Shown here one piece after another: positions 1-9,114 of a stretch of 64,000 bases of DNA. Under the pieces are notes generated by a model, which did no database searches, was not told where the DNA came from, and saw only the letters and a list, made by a program, of their open reading frames with translations. Made by a program: the position numbers and the translations under genes. Within the stretch, counting starts at the first letter, position 1, and each line of letters starts with the position of its first letter. Source of the stretch: Candidatus Aenigmatarchaeota archaeon (GTDB lineage: Archaea; Aenigmatarchaeota; Aenigmatarchaeia; QMZP01; QMZT01); the NCBI GenBank assembly GCA_041489155.1, contig JBGPQP010000002.1:32001-96000 (forward strand), read 5' to 3'.

Positions 1-1
1 T

Positions 2-547
2 AAAGACATCACCGAGCGCAAGCGGACGGAGGAGGCGTTGAGGAGGAGCGAAGCTCATCTTAAGGAAGCGCAGTCGCTGGGGCGAATTGGAAGTTGGGAA
101 TTTGATGTTGAAAAACAAACCATCGTCTGGTCCGAAGAGACCTATGGTTTGTACGAGCGTGACCCCAAGCTTGGTCCCCCTTCTCCAGAGGAAGAGGCAC
201 GTTATTATTCAGCTGAACAGGCAAAAACATTAAGGGATTATGCCGCCAGAGCTATAGAAACCGGAAAGAAATTTTCTTACGACCTCACGGCAAAATTGCC
301 CAGCGGGAGAACTGTTTACCTTGCTGCCACCATGCGGCCTGTAAAGGACGAGCGCGGACGGGTAGTTAAACTGTTTGGAACGGTGCAGGACATAACGAAC
401 CGGAAAATTAAAGAGGAGGAGCTCAGGAAGAGAACGGAAGAGTCAGAGAGGTTCAGCAAGCTTTCTGTTGGCAGGGAGCTGAAGATGGTGGAGCTGAAGA
501 AAAGGATAAGCGAACTGGAAAACCAAATAAAAGAGAAACCCAAATGA
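2..547 (+). CDS. PAS-domain sensor protein, 5'-truncated by the window edge; ends in a coiled coil with no output domain
   Basis: Frame is open from base 2 (KDITERKRTEEALRRSE). PAS/PAC signature GSWEFD...WSEETY...GTVQDITNRK. C-terminal GRELKMVELKKRISELE. Confidence 0.85.
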   Translation, partial: KDITERKRTEEALRRSEAHLKEAQSLGRIGSWEFDVEKQTIVWSEETYGLYERDPKLGPPSPEEEARYYSAEQAKTLRDYAARAIETGKKFSYDLTAKLPSGRTVYLAATMRPVKDERGRVVKLFGTVQDITNRKIKEEELRKRTEESERFSKLSVGRELKMVELKKRISELENQIKEKPK

Positions 548-620
548 AGCCCAAGCAATGTTTAAACAAAGGCTATAATTTATATACAAACAAAACAATC
601 CTATTAAGTAGGAGGCACTA

Positions 621-1184
621 ATGCCGGAGGGGAAAATGCCCAAAGAAAAAGCTGCAGAAAAGGATTCACCTTTTTCTATTAAGATTCTGATAGTTAGTTT
701 TATTTTTGGTGTAATAGCATTGGGCGTGGTTTTGGGTGGATTACTCCTCCCAATCCCGGGTACAAATGTGAAAACAGACCCGCGCGAGCTATTCACAACC
801 TACGGGGCTGCATTCTCTGGCCCGATTGGAGGGATAATCGTAGGCATTCTTGCTGGAATTGCAGAACCTAACGGAATTCCACTGGCAAGTCTGTTAGGCC
901 ACATAGCTGGATGTTTGTGGATGGGTTTTGCCTACAAAAAAATCATTTACAAAAGATTTGCATCGAGTTATCTTATCTTTCCTGCATGGTTTGCCGCCAT
1001 TTTAATTTATTACTACGTGTTTGTTATACCGGGGTTTATCATAGGCCTGGCATGGTTTTATAATCAGCCCCTCCTCATTATGGAAATGCTTTTGGGCGGA
1101 CTGCCAGAAGCTTTATTGACCAGCATAGTTACAACACTGGCTTTGTTTGCAATACCAAAGGCCTATCGAAAACCTTTATGGTAA
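621..1184 (+). CDS. Stand-alone multi-TM membrane protein, 5TM-LYT / ECF S-component-like sensor
   Basis: About 5 hydrophobic segments. DPRE...GAAFSGPIGGIIVGILAG motif. Lies directly upstream of a kinase gene. Confidence 0.55.
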   Translation: MPEGKMPKEKAAEKDSPFSIKILIVSFIFGVIALGVVLGGLLLPIPGTNVKTDPRELFTTYGAAFSGPIGGIIVGILAGIAEPNGIPLASLLGHIAGCLWMGFAYKKIIYKRFASSYLIFPAWFAAILIYYYVFVIPGFIIGLAWFYNQPLLIMEMLLGGLPEALLTSIVTTLALFAIPKAYRKPLW

Positions 1185-1212
1185 GTAGTATACTTTCGCT
1201 ATATGATACTAA

Positions 1213-2988
1213 ATGTCGCAAGTAAAAGGTAATGCAAAAAAATTTGTCTTTTTCCAGAGATTTAAAAACACAATAGCCACCAAATTAACCATATGGTTCC
1301 TTCTACTTTCGTTAGCCCCTCTTTTTATTTTGTTTGTTTTTGTCTGGAACAACGTTGATCAGCAATTTATTGAGATGACAACGCAAAATATGTATGAACA
1401 AACAAAATTATTGGGAACGGAAATTTCATTGCTGGACAATACGGATTCGATCAAAACTTTATTCATCCAAAACCACAGCAAAAAATTCGAGTCTTTCGTA
1501 GTAGGCACAAATGAAACTAATGTTGTTTATTTCGGCGAAAGGGGGAAATTTGATGAAATCTATAATAAAATTTCAACAGAAATTATACGTCAAATCTCAA
1601 TAAAAAGTGATGGGGTATTTGTCGATGCCGACAAAAAATGGGCCGCCGCTTTTTACAAAGTCCCCGGAAAGGAATTCATTGTAATATCATTCGTGGATAT
1701 ATCAGACGCCCTTTTGCCAGTTACTCAAATAGAGAACACCGGGCTTAGTCAAATTGGCGCGGCTCTTTTTGTTGCAGCAGTGGTTAGTGGTTTATTCATA
1801 TTTTTGACGCTGAAACCGATACAAGAGTTAGTCAAGTCAACTGAAAAGGTTAGGGCTGGAAATCTTGATATTCGCATTGATCCCTCAAGGTTTGAAGGTG
1901 AGATGGAAACCCTTGCAATTGGTTTCGAACAAATGATAAAGGATTTGAAAATATACCAGAACCAGATAAAAAAACACGGGGAGGAACTGGAACAGAAAGT
2001 TACAAAAAGGACGAAGGAATTGGACACGAAGATCAATGAGCTGACGGCCACGAAAACCGCGGTCCTTAACATGATGGAAGACACGGACGAAACCAACAAA
2101 AAGCTTGTAGAGACGCAGGAAGAACTTAAGAACAGCCTCGAGGAACTGAAGAGTCTGGACGTGAAAAAGGACGAGTTCATATCGATTGCGGCTCACGAAC
2201 TGAAAACGCCGTTAACCTCTATTCACGGATTTTCCCAGTTGTTGCAGAACAGGGATGTCGCGAAGAATCCTGAAAAAAGGGAGAAATACCTTAAAATCAT
2301 GGACAGCGAAACCAAAAGGCTCGCGAAACTCGTGACCGACATACTCGACCTCTCTAGGATAGATTTGGGGACCCTTAAGCTGAATTTCGAGGAAGTTGAG
2401 ATAAGCAGGTTAATGGAAGACGTGAGAAGGGAGATGAACGTTCAGATGAAGAAGAGGGGTTTGAAATCGGAGTACGACCTAGAGAAGGGATTGCCGGACA
2501 TCGTGACTGACAAGGAAAGACTTACGGAAATCCTTCTGAATCTCATAAACAACGCGATTAAATACACGCCAAAAGGAAAGATAACGGTTAAAGTTTCTAG
2601 GGAAAACGATTTCGTACATTTCACAGTGAAGGACACGGGGATAGGGATAGAGAAGGAGTATTATGACAAGCTTTTCCAGAGATTCTACCAGATCGATTCT
2701 TCTTATACGAGGAAAGCCGGTGGCACAGGTCTCGGTCTCGCCCTTTGCAGGGAATTCGTGACGCTTCTCGGCGGGAAAATATGGTTTGAGAGCGAGGAAG
2801 GGAAAGGGAGCGAGTTCCATTTCATCCTCCCCTTAAAAGGCGTCAAAAAAGAAGTGATGAGCGAGGAAGAAAGGAAAGCCAGAGAGGCATTAAATAAATC
2901 AGAAAGAGTAAGTAAAAAATTGGAAAAACCGGGATTAGGCCTTAGCTTTTTCTTTAAAGTTTTTCCTGATTCCTTTATCTTTGGTTAA
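1213..2988 (+). CDS. Membrane sensor histidine kinase (2 TM, extracellular domain, HAMP, HisKA, HATPase)
   Basis: H-box AAHELKTPLTSI, N-box NLINNAIKYT, G1 DTGIGI, F-box LFQRFYQ, G2 GGTGLGL. HAMP LKPIQEL...GNLDIRI...EMETLAIGFEQM. Confidence 0.95.
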   Translation: MSQVKGNAKKFVFFQRFKNTIATKLTIWFLLLSLAPLFILFVFVWNNVDQQFIEMTTQNMYEQTKLLGTEISLLDNTDSIKTLFIQNHSKKFESFVVGTNETNVVYFGERGKFDEIYNKISTEIIRQISIKSDGVFVDADKKWAAAFYKVPGKEFIVISFVDISDALLPVTQIENTGLSQIGAALFVAAVVSGLFIFLTLKPIQELVKSTEKVRAGNLDIRIDPSRFEGEMETLAIGFEQMIKDLKIYQNQIKKHGEELEQKVTKRTKELDTKINELTATKTAVLNMMEDTDETNKKLVETQEELKNSLEELKSLDVKKDEFISIAAHELKTPLTSIHGFSQLLQNRDVAKNPEKREKYLKIMDSETKRLAKLVTDILDLSRIDLGTLKLNFEEVEISRLMEDVRREMNVQMKKRGLKSEYDLEKGLPDIVTDKERLTEILLNLINNAIKYTPKGKITVKVSRENDFVHFTVKDTGIGIEKEYYDKLFQRFYQIDSSYTRKAGGTGLGLALCREFVTLLGGKIWFESEEGKGSEFHFILPLKGVKKEVMSEEERKAREALNKSERVSKKLEKPGLGLSFFFKVFPDSFIFG

Positions 2989-3014
2989 ACATAAATAGGT
3001 AACCTTATGTGTTA

Positions 3015-3050
3015 CAATTCATCTCCAGCTGAAGGCAGGGAGATTCTTGC
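3015..3050. mobile_element. Possible IS200/IS605-family terminal hairpin remnant
   Basis: CAATTC-ATCTCC-agctgaaggcag-GGAGAT-TCTTGC is an imperfect hairpin resembling IS605/IS1341-type ends. No tnpA/tnpB nearby. Confidence 0.35.
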
Positions 3051-3110
3051 TCCAAGTTATTTAAAATTCTTAAAAATCTATAAATTCTCGATGGTATTCT
3101 TTTAGGTTTG

Positions 3111-3482
3111 TTACCCAACAATTTTCTTTACCCTTCTTACGAGGTCTTCGTTGTCGAAAGGTTTGGTTATGTAATCAAGCACTTTCATTTTCTCAAGCAC
3201 ACCCTTGCCGGCTTCCGAGAATTTGGCGACCGTGAGAAACGCCACCTTCAGGTCCTTGGTCTTCGGGTCCTTCCTTATCCTTTCGCACACTTCCCTTCCG
3301 CTCATGTCAGGCATCATCATGTCGAGAAGTATGAGGTCAGGTTTAACGGTTTTCAGTTTTTCCAGACATTCCTTTCCGTCGGAAGCTGTTATCACTTCGT
3401 AGCCTTCGTTAGCGAGAATCGCCTCCACGAGCTGCAAAAGGCTATCTTCGTCGTCCACGACCATTATCCTTTTCTTGGTCAT
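3111..3482 (-). CDS. Single-domain response regulator (REC)
   Basis: IMVVDDE, DLILLDMMMP (phospho-Asp), FLT and YITKPF motifs. Confidence 0.95.
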   Translation of the reverse strand: MTKKRIMVVDDEDSLLQLVEAILANEGYEVITASDGKECLEKLKTVKPDLILLDMMMPDMSGREVCERIRKDPKTKDLKVAFLTVAKFSEAGKGVLEKMKVLDYITKPFDNEDLVRRVKKIVG

Positions 3483-3540
3483 AATTATCTTATTCGCTTT
3501 CCTTATTATATATTTTTCATGCTGTTCCTATTCTAGCCTT

Positions 3541-4092
3541 TCATCCCAAATCAAGCGTTTTGTCAGCAAACATTTCCAAGTCTTTCACCAGCTTCTGGTT
3601 CTCTTCCACGGGAATGGTATCGTGTTTTAGCACTATAAACAATTTCTTTATGTTCTCTTCTTTCTCGTCCGCCAGCAAATGATGCGTGAATTTGACCACA
3701 GAAGAAGTTTGCTGATAAATTAACATGGTCGAAATCGTATCGAAGAGTATCACGCTGCATTGCTTCTCCTCGATCGCTTTTCTTATCGCAACCCTTATCG
3801 CAGCTAAATTGTTGGGGGAGGTTATGAAGATACAGTTCTTGACAGGCTCCGGTTCCTTGTAATAAGACGTGAGAACATCAACGAAAAAGAAGTTTGATAT
3901 GTCAATTCCTTTATTCCCCAGCTCTTCCACGACATCGGTGTAAGGCTTGCTCAGGCAGACGTAGCATATTTTTGTCCTGGTTTTCTCTATGGATTTTATT
4001 ATCTCCTCAAGTTTCGAGAGACACTCCCTCTCCTCCATCAGAATTAGCAGGAATTTGTTGTTTTCAATCTCCTGAAGCAAGTTCACTGTCAT
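3541..4092 (-). CDS. Inactivated KaiC/RecA-superfamily ATPase-like protein (DUF835/DUF7504-like)
   Basis: RecA-type strand order (ICYVCLSKP, FFFVDV, VILFDTISTML, MFADKTLDL) with no Walker A. Start set to ATG at 4092. Confidence 0.65.
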   Translation of the reverse strand: MTVNLLQEIENNKFLLILMEERECLSKLEEIIKSIEKTRTKICYVCLSKPYTDVVEELGNKGIDISNFFFVDVLTSYYKEPEPVKNCIFITSPNNLAAIRVAIRKAIEEKQCSVILFDTISTMLIYQQTSSVVKFTHHLLADEKEENIKKLFIVLKHDTIPVEENQKLVKDLEMFADKTLDLG

Positions 4093-4193
4093 AATAAGAG
4101 TAATTGGTGCCAGCGATTTATAAATTTTAAGCATAAATGTTTAAACATTAATAGAAAATTTAAATACTATTTAACTATATATATAATAAAGGT

Positions 4194-5015
4194 ATGTACA
4201 AATTTAAACATAAAAATATCTTATTCTTTCTTTCAGAACTTAGGAGATTCGTCAGAGTCGAAACTGATATGGTGGTAGTATGCATGGCCCTTTCAGGTTA
4301 TCTGATCTTCAATGCCCCGGCCTCCGACATGCTTTTCCTTGCTTCGGCTTTGTTCTTCGCAAGCGGCGCAGGCTACGCATATAACCATTACACGGATAAA
4401 GAGGAGGACATAATAAACAACAGATACCTGAACTTTTTTGCGACCAGCAAAAAGGGCTATTATATAGTGCTGGCTTGCGTGATCATTGGCATCGCGTCGG
4501 CAGCGCAGCTATCTCCGCTATCCTTCGGGATATACCTTATTTCCATGGCTGCCGGCATCGCCTACTCCGCCTTCAGGGTCAAGAAATTTTTCCCTATGAA
4601 AAACGTGTACTCAGGATTTTTCATGTCCACGTCATTCCTTATAGGGGCAACCGCAGGCAACCAGATTCTTTACGGAGTGATTCCATATTTCCTCCTGGTG
4701 TTTCTGATAGGTCTGACAGGGAATCTTCTCGGGGACGTGAGGGGACATGAGGGCGATAAAATCGCTGGAGTCAATACCATCCCCGTAAAACTGGGAACAA
4801 AAACAGCGAAAAGGATAATACACTTTAATTTTGGACTTTTTTCGCTCACGAGCATAATGTCCGGCTATGTGCTGCTGACGCCGATAATACCATCCCTCGC
4901 AGCGACATCGTTCTTCCTGAACAGGAATGATCACAGGAGAGCGAGGTCAAGCATGATATCAACGTTTTTGGTGCTGGTTGTTTTTTTGGCCGCCGTCAAA
5001 ATTACTGGTATTTGA
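4194..5015 (+). CDS. UbiA-family prenyltransferase
   Basis: Multi-TM. Asp-rich motifs YNHYTDKEEDIIN and GDVRGHEGDKIAGVNTIP. Confidence 0.85.
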   Translation: MYKFKHKNILFFLSELRRFVRVETDMVVVCMALSGYLIFNAPASDMLFLASALFFASGAGYAYNHYTDKEEDIINNRYLNFFATSKKGYYIVLACVIIGIASAAQLSPLSFGIYLISMAAGIAYSAFRVKKFFPMKNVYSGFFMSTSFLIGATAGNQILYGVIPYFLLVFLIGLTGNLLGDVRGHEGDKIAGVNTIPVKLGTKTAKRIIHFNFGLFSLTSIMSGYVLLTPIIPSLAATSFFLNRNDHRRARSSMISTFLVLVVFLAAVKITGI

Positions 5016-5016
5016 A

Positions 5017-6069
5017 ATGTGTGTTGTGACATTCGACTGGGAGCATAATGATGCCATGGAGAAGGTCAGGAATTATGCTATCAACAAGTCAATGGTATGG
5101 GCCGTTGTCGAGGTGACCGATAGCTGCAACCTTAACTGCATCTGGTGCTATGCAAACTCCGGCTGCAAGAGCGCGCCAAGGCACATGAGCCTCGGGAATC
5201 TGAAAAGCTTAATCAAAATTCTTGCGGATTCCGGCATAAAGCAGATAACCTATTCTGGCGGCGAGCCGACACTTTACCCGCATATCAAGGAAGGGGTAAG
5301 GATAGCGAAGGATTGTGGCATGGTCGTGCATATGAACACAAACGGGTTTGTGCTGGTTAAAAGCTTTGCAAAGGAGCTCAAAAGGGCAGGCCTCTCACAG
5401 ATACAGACAAACATAGACAGCCTTGACCGGGAAAAACACGACTATATAAGGGGCAGAAAGGGCTCCTTCGACAGGGCCGTCAGGGCCCTGAAGAACGGAA
5501 GGGAAGCTGGCCTGACCTGCACCTCCCAGACTGTTCTGACAAAAAAGAATGAAAATGAAATAATCGACATATTCAGGTTTGCGAGAAGCCTGAGCCTGCA
5601 GAGGTGCAGGGTATGGGACATGATGCCGGCAGAAGGCTGCGGGCTGAAAAACTCTGACATGAGGCCGACAAACTACTTAAAAACCTTGTATGAGCTCACC
5701 CAATTCGCAGAGAGCACGGGAGGGAAACATATAGAATCAGGCGAGCCGTTTTTCCCGCTGAACCACAAAACAGGCATAAAGGTTTCGAATATTTCATGCG
5801 TGGCCATGCACGGCCTTTTGATCAACATTTCATACACCGGTGACGTTTATTACTGCGTCACGCAGAGAAAATCCATGCTTAATGTTTTCACGGAATCAGA
5901 AGGGGATCTGAAGGAGTCTTACAGGACGAAGCTGAAGGCCTTCCTGAATTCTATCAGGCTTCCGGAAAAATGCCTAAATTGCCAGCTGGTCGAGAAGTGT
6001 CGCGGAGGATGCTATACCAGGTGCATGCATACGGAAAACAAAGCGGATTACTGGTGCCCCGTGGCCTGA
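5017..6069 (+). CDS. Radical SAM enzyme with SPASM domain
   Basis: CNLNCIWC (CxxxCxxC), SGGEP, TNG. SPASM C...GDVYYC...CLNC-x5-CRGGC...DYWC. ATG is 1 nt after the ubiA stop. Confidence 0.9.
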   Translation: MCVVTFDWEHNDAMEKVRNYAINKSMVWAVVEVTDSCNLNCIWCYANSGCKSAPRHMSLGNLKSLIKILADSGIKQITYSGGEPTLYPHIKEGVRIAKDCGMVVHMNTNGFVLVKSFAKELKRAGLSQIQTNIDSLDREKHDYIRGRKGSFDRAVRALKNGREAGLTCTSQTVLTKKNENEIIDIFRFARSLSLQRCRVWDMMPAEGCGLKNSDMRPTNYLKTLYELTQFAESTGGKHIESGEPFFPLNHKTGIKVSNISCVAMHGLLINISYTGDVYYCVTQRKSMLNVFTESEGDLKESYRTKLKAFLNSIRLPEKCLNCQLVEKCRGGCYTRCMHTENKADYWCPVA

Positions 6070-7074
6070 TCATCTCCCGTATGTTACTCTGACGCACTTT
6101 CTCGATGCGGAAATTTTTCTGATTTTGAAATTCTTGTCTATCAGCCATAGATAGCCAAGGATTGAGTTTATCAGGAAATTCCAGTTGTCTTTCTCTTTCT
6201 GGATTCCGTACGGCGGATTCCTTATCTCGAAGAGTATGTTTTTCCTGACCATGATTTTTACGGATCCCCATCCCATCGCCTGTAGAAGCCCTTTCAGCAG
6301 GTTAAGTTTTCCTTTCGGCGAGGAATTTCTCTCAACGGTTTTTTTGAAGAAATTGTATGATATTTCCGGCACCTTGTCCATCAGGATGCCCGTGTTTCCC
6401 AGAAGATGAAACAGGGTGTTTTCAACTGGATATAGGGGTCTGTCCCTGAAATAAATCCTGTTTTTCCTAAGCTTGAATAAATTATGCCTTAGGGCGCTTA
6501 CGATGCTTGACCCTTCAAGCGAAGGGAGGGTGTTCAGCTGGTCATACACGTGTTTGGCTTTGTGTTCGATGCGGAAGGGTTTCGTTCCTCTGGTCCTGAA
6601 AACATACGTGTTTGAACTTCCGGACTGTAAGACGCTAATCACGTCTGCCTCCGAATTAAACAGAATGTTGCAAATCCCCGTGAAAAGCCCTACGGAAAAT
6701 TCGTTTTTCCCGACAACTTTTGTTATGGCCTCATTCCTGGTTTTAATCTCTATAAGGCCGTTTTTTTCTGATATGCTGAAGTCGTCCATCAGGCCGCCGT
6801 CGGCCCAGACATTCCTCATGACCCTGCCCAGGACAAAGAGGGGCAATTTTTTGATTGAGGCCGGGACGATTTCCATGAAGTAAAGCATCATCCATTTGCT
6901 GCCTGTCTCCTTCATCTCTTTGCCGTAGCCGGCATTCTCGCATGTCTTTATGTAGTCTGTGAATATGTCATTGAAAAACAGAGTATCTCTCCTTTTTCCT
7001 ATTCTGAGTTTGTTCAGCAAGCCTCCGTGGGATGATTCCAGAATCTTCCTCCTCAAGAGCTCGGACATTCTCAT
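6070..7074 (-). CDS. Protein with two V4R-like (4-vinyl reductase/HNOB-fold) repeats
   Basis: Second half LLQAMGWGSVKI...FEIRNPPY...FLINSILGY. First half WADGGLMDDF...FSVGLFTGICNILF. Confidence 0.5.
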   Translation of the reverse strand: MRMSELLRRKILESSHGGLLNKLRIGKRRDTLFFNDIFTDYIKTCENAGYGKEMKETGSKWMMLYFMEIVPASIKKLPLFVLGRVMRNVWADGGLMDDFSISEKNGLIEIKTRNEAITKVVGKNEFSVGLFTGICNILFNSEADVISVLQSGSSNTYVFRTRGTKPFRIEHKAKHVYDQLNTLPSLEGSSIVSALRHNLFKLRKNRIYFRDRPLYPVENTLFHLLGNTGILMDKVPEISYNFFKKTVERNSSPKGKLNLLKGLLQAMGWGSVKIMVRKNILFEIRNPPYGIQKEKDNWNFLINSILGYLWLIDKNFKIRKISASRKCVRVTYGR

Positions 7075-7119
7075 AGATATTTTTTGAATCCTGTATAAAA
7101 ATTGATGCGAAGCCGGGGA

Positions 7120-7785
7120 TCAGATGATCTTCGTCTCTGCCAGTTTCAAATCTTTCTCATCTATGACAAATTCGTACGGTATCTTGGGTTCGAAATTCGC
7201 ATAACGCATCTTGTGCACTGTCATCGTTCTCATCGGCTTTTCCTCCAGCTCGAGGAATGAAAGCGAAAGCACGCCGTCGCATTCGAACGACTCGCCGTTG
7301 CCCGTGTCCGTGTTCTCGCCCCTGGTCTCGCAGATAAGAAGCGTGCATCCCATGGATTTCAGGCTCCTGACGAGCTCGGAGAGATAGACCCTGTACGATC
7401 TGTCGTTCTCCGCGAATATGAGCAGCTTGTTGACGTTGTCTATCACGAGCCTGTCGATTTTCGGGTAAGAGGCGATTATGTCTATGAATTTCTTCATGGT
7501 TATGTTCTCGCCCAAGGGTATGTGCTCTATGGCAAAGTTCTTGCCCACGTATTTTTCGGCCTCGCTGAGTGCTTCTATACCCTTGCATGCGCGCAGGAGC
7601 TCTTCCTTGGTCTCATTCAAAGAGACGTAGCAGCACTTCTCCTTTTTCATAACGCCATCCATCAGGAACTTGAGCGCGAAAAGTGTCTTGCCTGAACCAG
7701 GACCGCCTGAAACGAGTACGGTCGTCCTTGCGGGGAAACCGCCTCCCAGAAGCTTGTCGAGTTTTTTGATGCCTGTGGTTATCAT
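7120..7785 (-). CDS. Single-domain KaiC/RAD55-like ATPase
   Basis: ITTGIKKLDKLLGGG, Walker A GGPGSGKT, Walker B LVIDN, HKMR. Confidence 0.9.
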   Translation of the reverse strand: MITTGIKKLDKLLGGGFPARTTVLVSGGPGSGKTLFALKFLMDGVMKKEKCCYVSLNETKEELLRACKGIEALSEAEKYVGKNFAIEHIPLGENITMKKFIDIIASYPKIDRLVIDNVNKLLIFAENDRSYRVYLSELVRSLKSMGCTLLICETRGENTDTGNGESFECDGVLSLSFLELEEKPMRTMTVHKMRYANFEPKIPYEFVIDEKDLKLAETKII

Positions 7786-7786
7786 A

Positions 7787-8128
7787 TCATCTCACCTCAT
7801 CCTCATCCTTGAATACGGGTATGCCGAACGTGGATTTTTTGAGCCTTATGATAAGGAAAACGTCATCGTGCAGTTTGAACGCCTTGGCCGGGACCTTTTT
7901 GTCCATGTTTTTTATTTCGAACTTTTCCAGTATCTTCTTGGGCATCATTATCCTGTTGCTGTTGCCAAGCTTCCCTGTCGTCAGGGAATTGACCATGAAG
8001 TTTGGCGCTGTCGGGATAAGAACGAGGTTTGTGGTCTGGTTGGTTATAAGGTCGTACTCGGCCTTCGAAACCTTCAGGTTTACTATTATTTCGTCTTTCT
8101 GGATGTCGACTGACTGCACATCGGCCAT
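7787..8128 (-). CDS. Small protein with an AbrB/MazE-like swapped-hairpin motif
   Basis: TTGKLGNSNRIMMPKKILEKFEI resembles the AbrB GNSxxIxIPK motif. Stop is 1 nt before the KaiC start. Confidence 0.55.
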   Translation of the reverse strand: MADVQSVDIQKDEIIVNLKVSKAEYDLITNQTTNLVLIPTAPNFMVNSLTTGKLGNSNRIMMPKKILEKFEIKNMDKKVPAKAFKLHDDVFLIIRLKKSTFGIPVFKDEDEVR

Positions 8129-8222
8129 AAGTTATATATTTTGTTCAAATATTTAAACTTTTGGACCGGTTTCTTATCGCAAACCGAGGAAAATTTATTA
8201 GCGCCCGATTCAATACTTCTAC

Positions 8223-9080
8223 ATGGCTTCTGGAAAGGGGAAAAAGACGGGCAAGAAGGAAGACAAAAAGACAGAGGAAATGGCAGAAAAAACAGAGGAA
8301 AGGGGGTTAAACAAAGAAAAGGCGAGGCCGGTGGAAAAGGAGGATTCCCGTTTCATAAAAACGGGGATCTCCGGTTTTGACAAGCTGCTTGAAAAAGGGA
8401 TACCAAAGGGGTCAGCGGTTCTGATAGCAGGCGGCGCAGGATCGGGCAAGACGATAATGTGCCTGCAGATCCTAGCTAATGCCGCGAAAAGCGGAAAGAA
8501 GTGCATGTACATGTCCTTCGAGGAATCCGAATCCCGCCTCCGCAAGCACATGGACGACTTCGGATGGAACCCCGCCAAACTCGAAAAAAACGGTAATCTT
8601 ATGATAAAGAGGATGAATTCTTATGAGATCGCAAGGTCGGTGGAGGCGATGCTGACGAAGGAGCGCGGCGAGCTGATGATAGACATAGAGCCCGTCCTCT
8701 TGCCCGAAGGTTTCAGGCCGGACATTATAGTCGTCGATTCCCTAAGTTCGATAGCTTCCTACTTCACCGGGAGAACCGAGCATTACAGGGGCTACATAGA
8801 GCAGATTTTCAGGCACTTCGAAAAGATGGGCATTACATCCTTCATGATAACCGAGACGAAGCAGATTCCCGAGACGTTCAGTCCGACGGGCGTCGAGGAG
8901 TTCCTGGCGGACGGCGTAGTCGTCCTGTACAACATACGCAAGGGCGACGTGCGCGAGAACGCCATCGAAATCCTCAAGCTCCGCGGGGCGAAACATCTGA
9001 AAAAGATAGTGGCCATGCAGATTGTCGACGGCGAAGGCATCGCAATCTATCCGGAGCAGGAAGTCTTCGGCGGCCTGTGA
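8223..9080 (+). CDS. Single-domain KaiC-like ATPase with Lys/Glu-rich N-terminal extension
   Basis: TGISGFDKLL, Walker A GGAGSGKT, SFEES, IIVVDS, GVEEFLADGVVVL, LKLRG. Confidence 0.92.
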   Translation: MASGKGKKTGKKEDKKTEEMAEKTEERGLNKEKARPVEKEDSRFIKTGISGFDKLLEKGIPKGSAVLIAGGAGSGKTIMCLQILANAAKSGKKCMYMSFEESESRLRKHMDDFGWNPAKLEKNGNLMIKRMNSYEIARSVEAMLTKERGELMIDIEPVLLPEGFRPDIIVVDSLSSIASYFTGRTEHYRGYIEQIFRHFEKMGITSFMITETKQIPETFSPTGVEEFLADGVVVLYNIRKGDVRENAIEILKLRGAKHLKKIVAMQIVDGEGIAIYPEQEVFGGL

Positions 9081-9114
9081 TTGCGGCGATTGCAGTCTTC
9101 TTATAATTCATGCC

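Noticed and set aside
4978..6069. RiPP cluster interpretation of the rSAM/SPASM gene
   Set aside because: No precursor peptide, PqqD/RRE domain, protease or transporter visible nearby.
7120..9080. Bona fide circadian clock
   Set aside because: No kaiA/kaiB and no double-domain KaiC. Single-domain KaiC-like ATPases are common in archaea.
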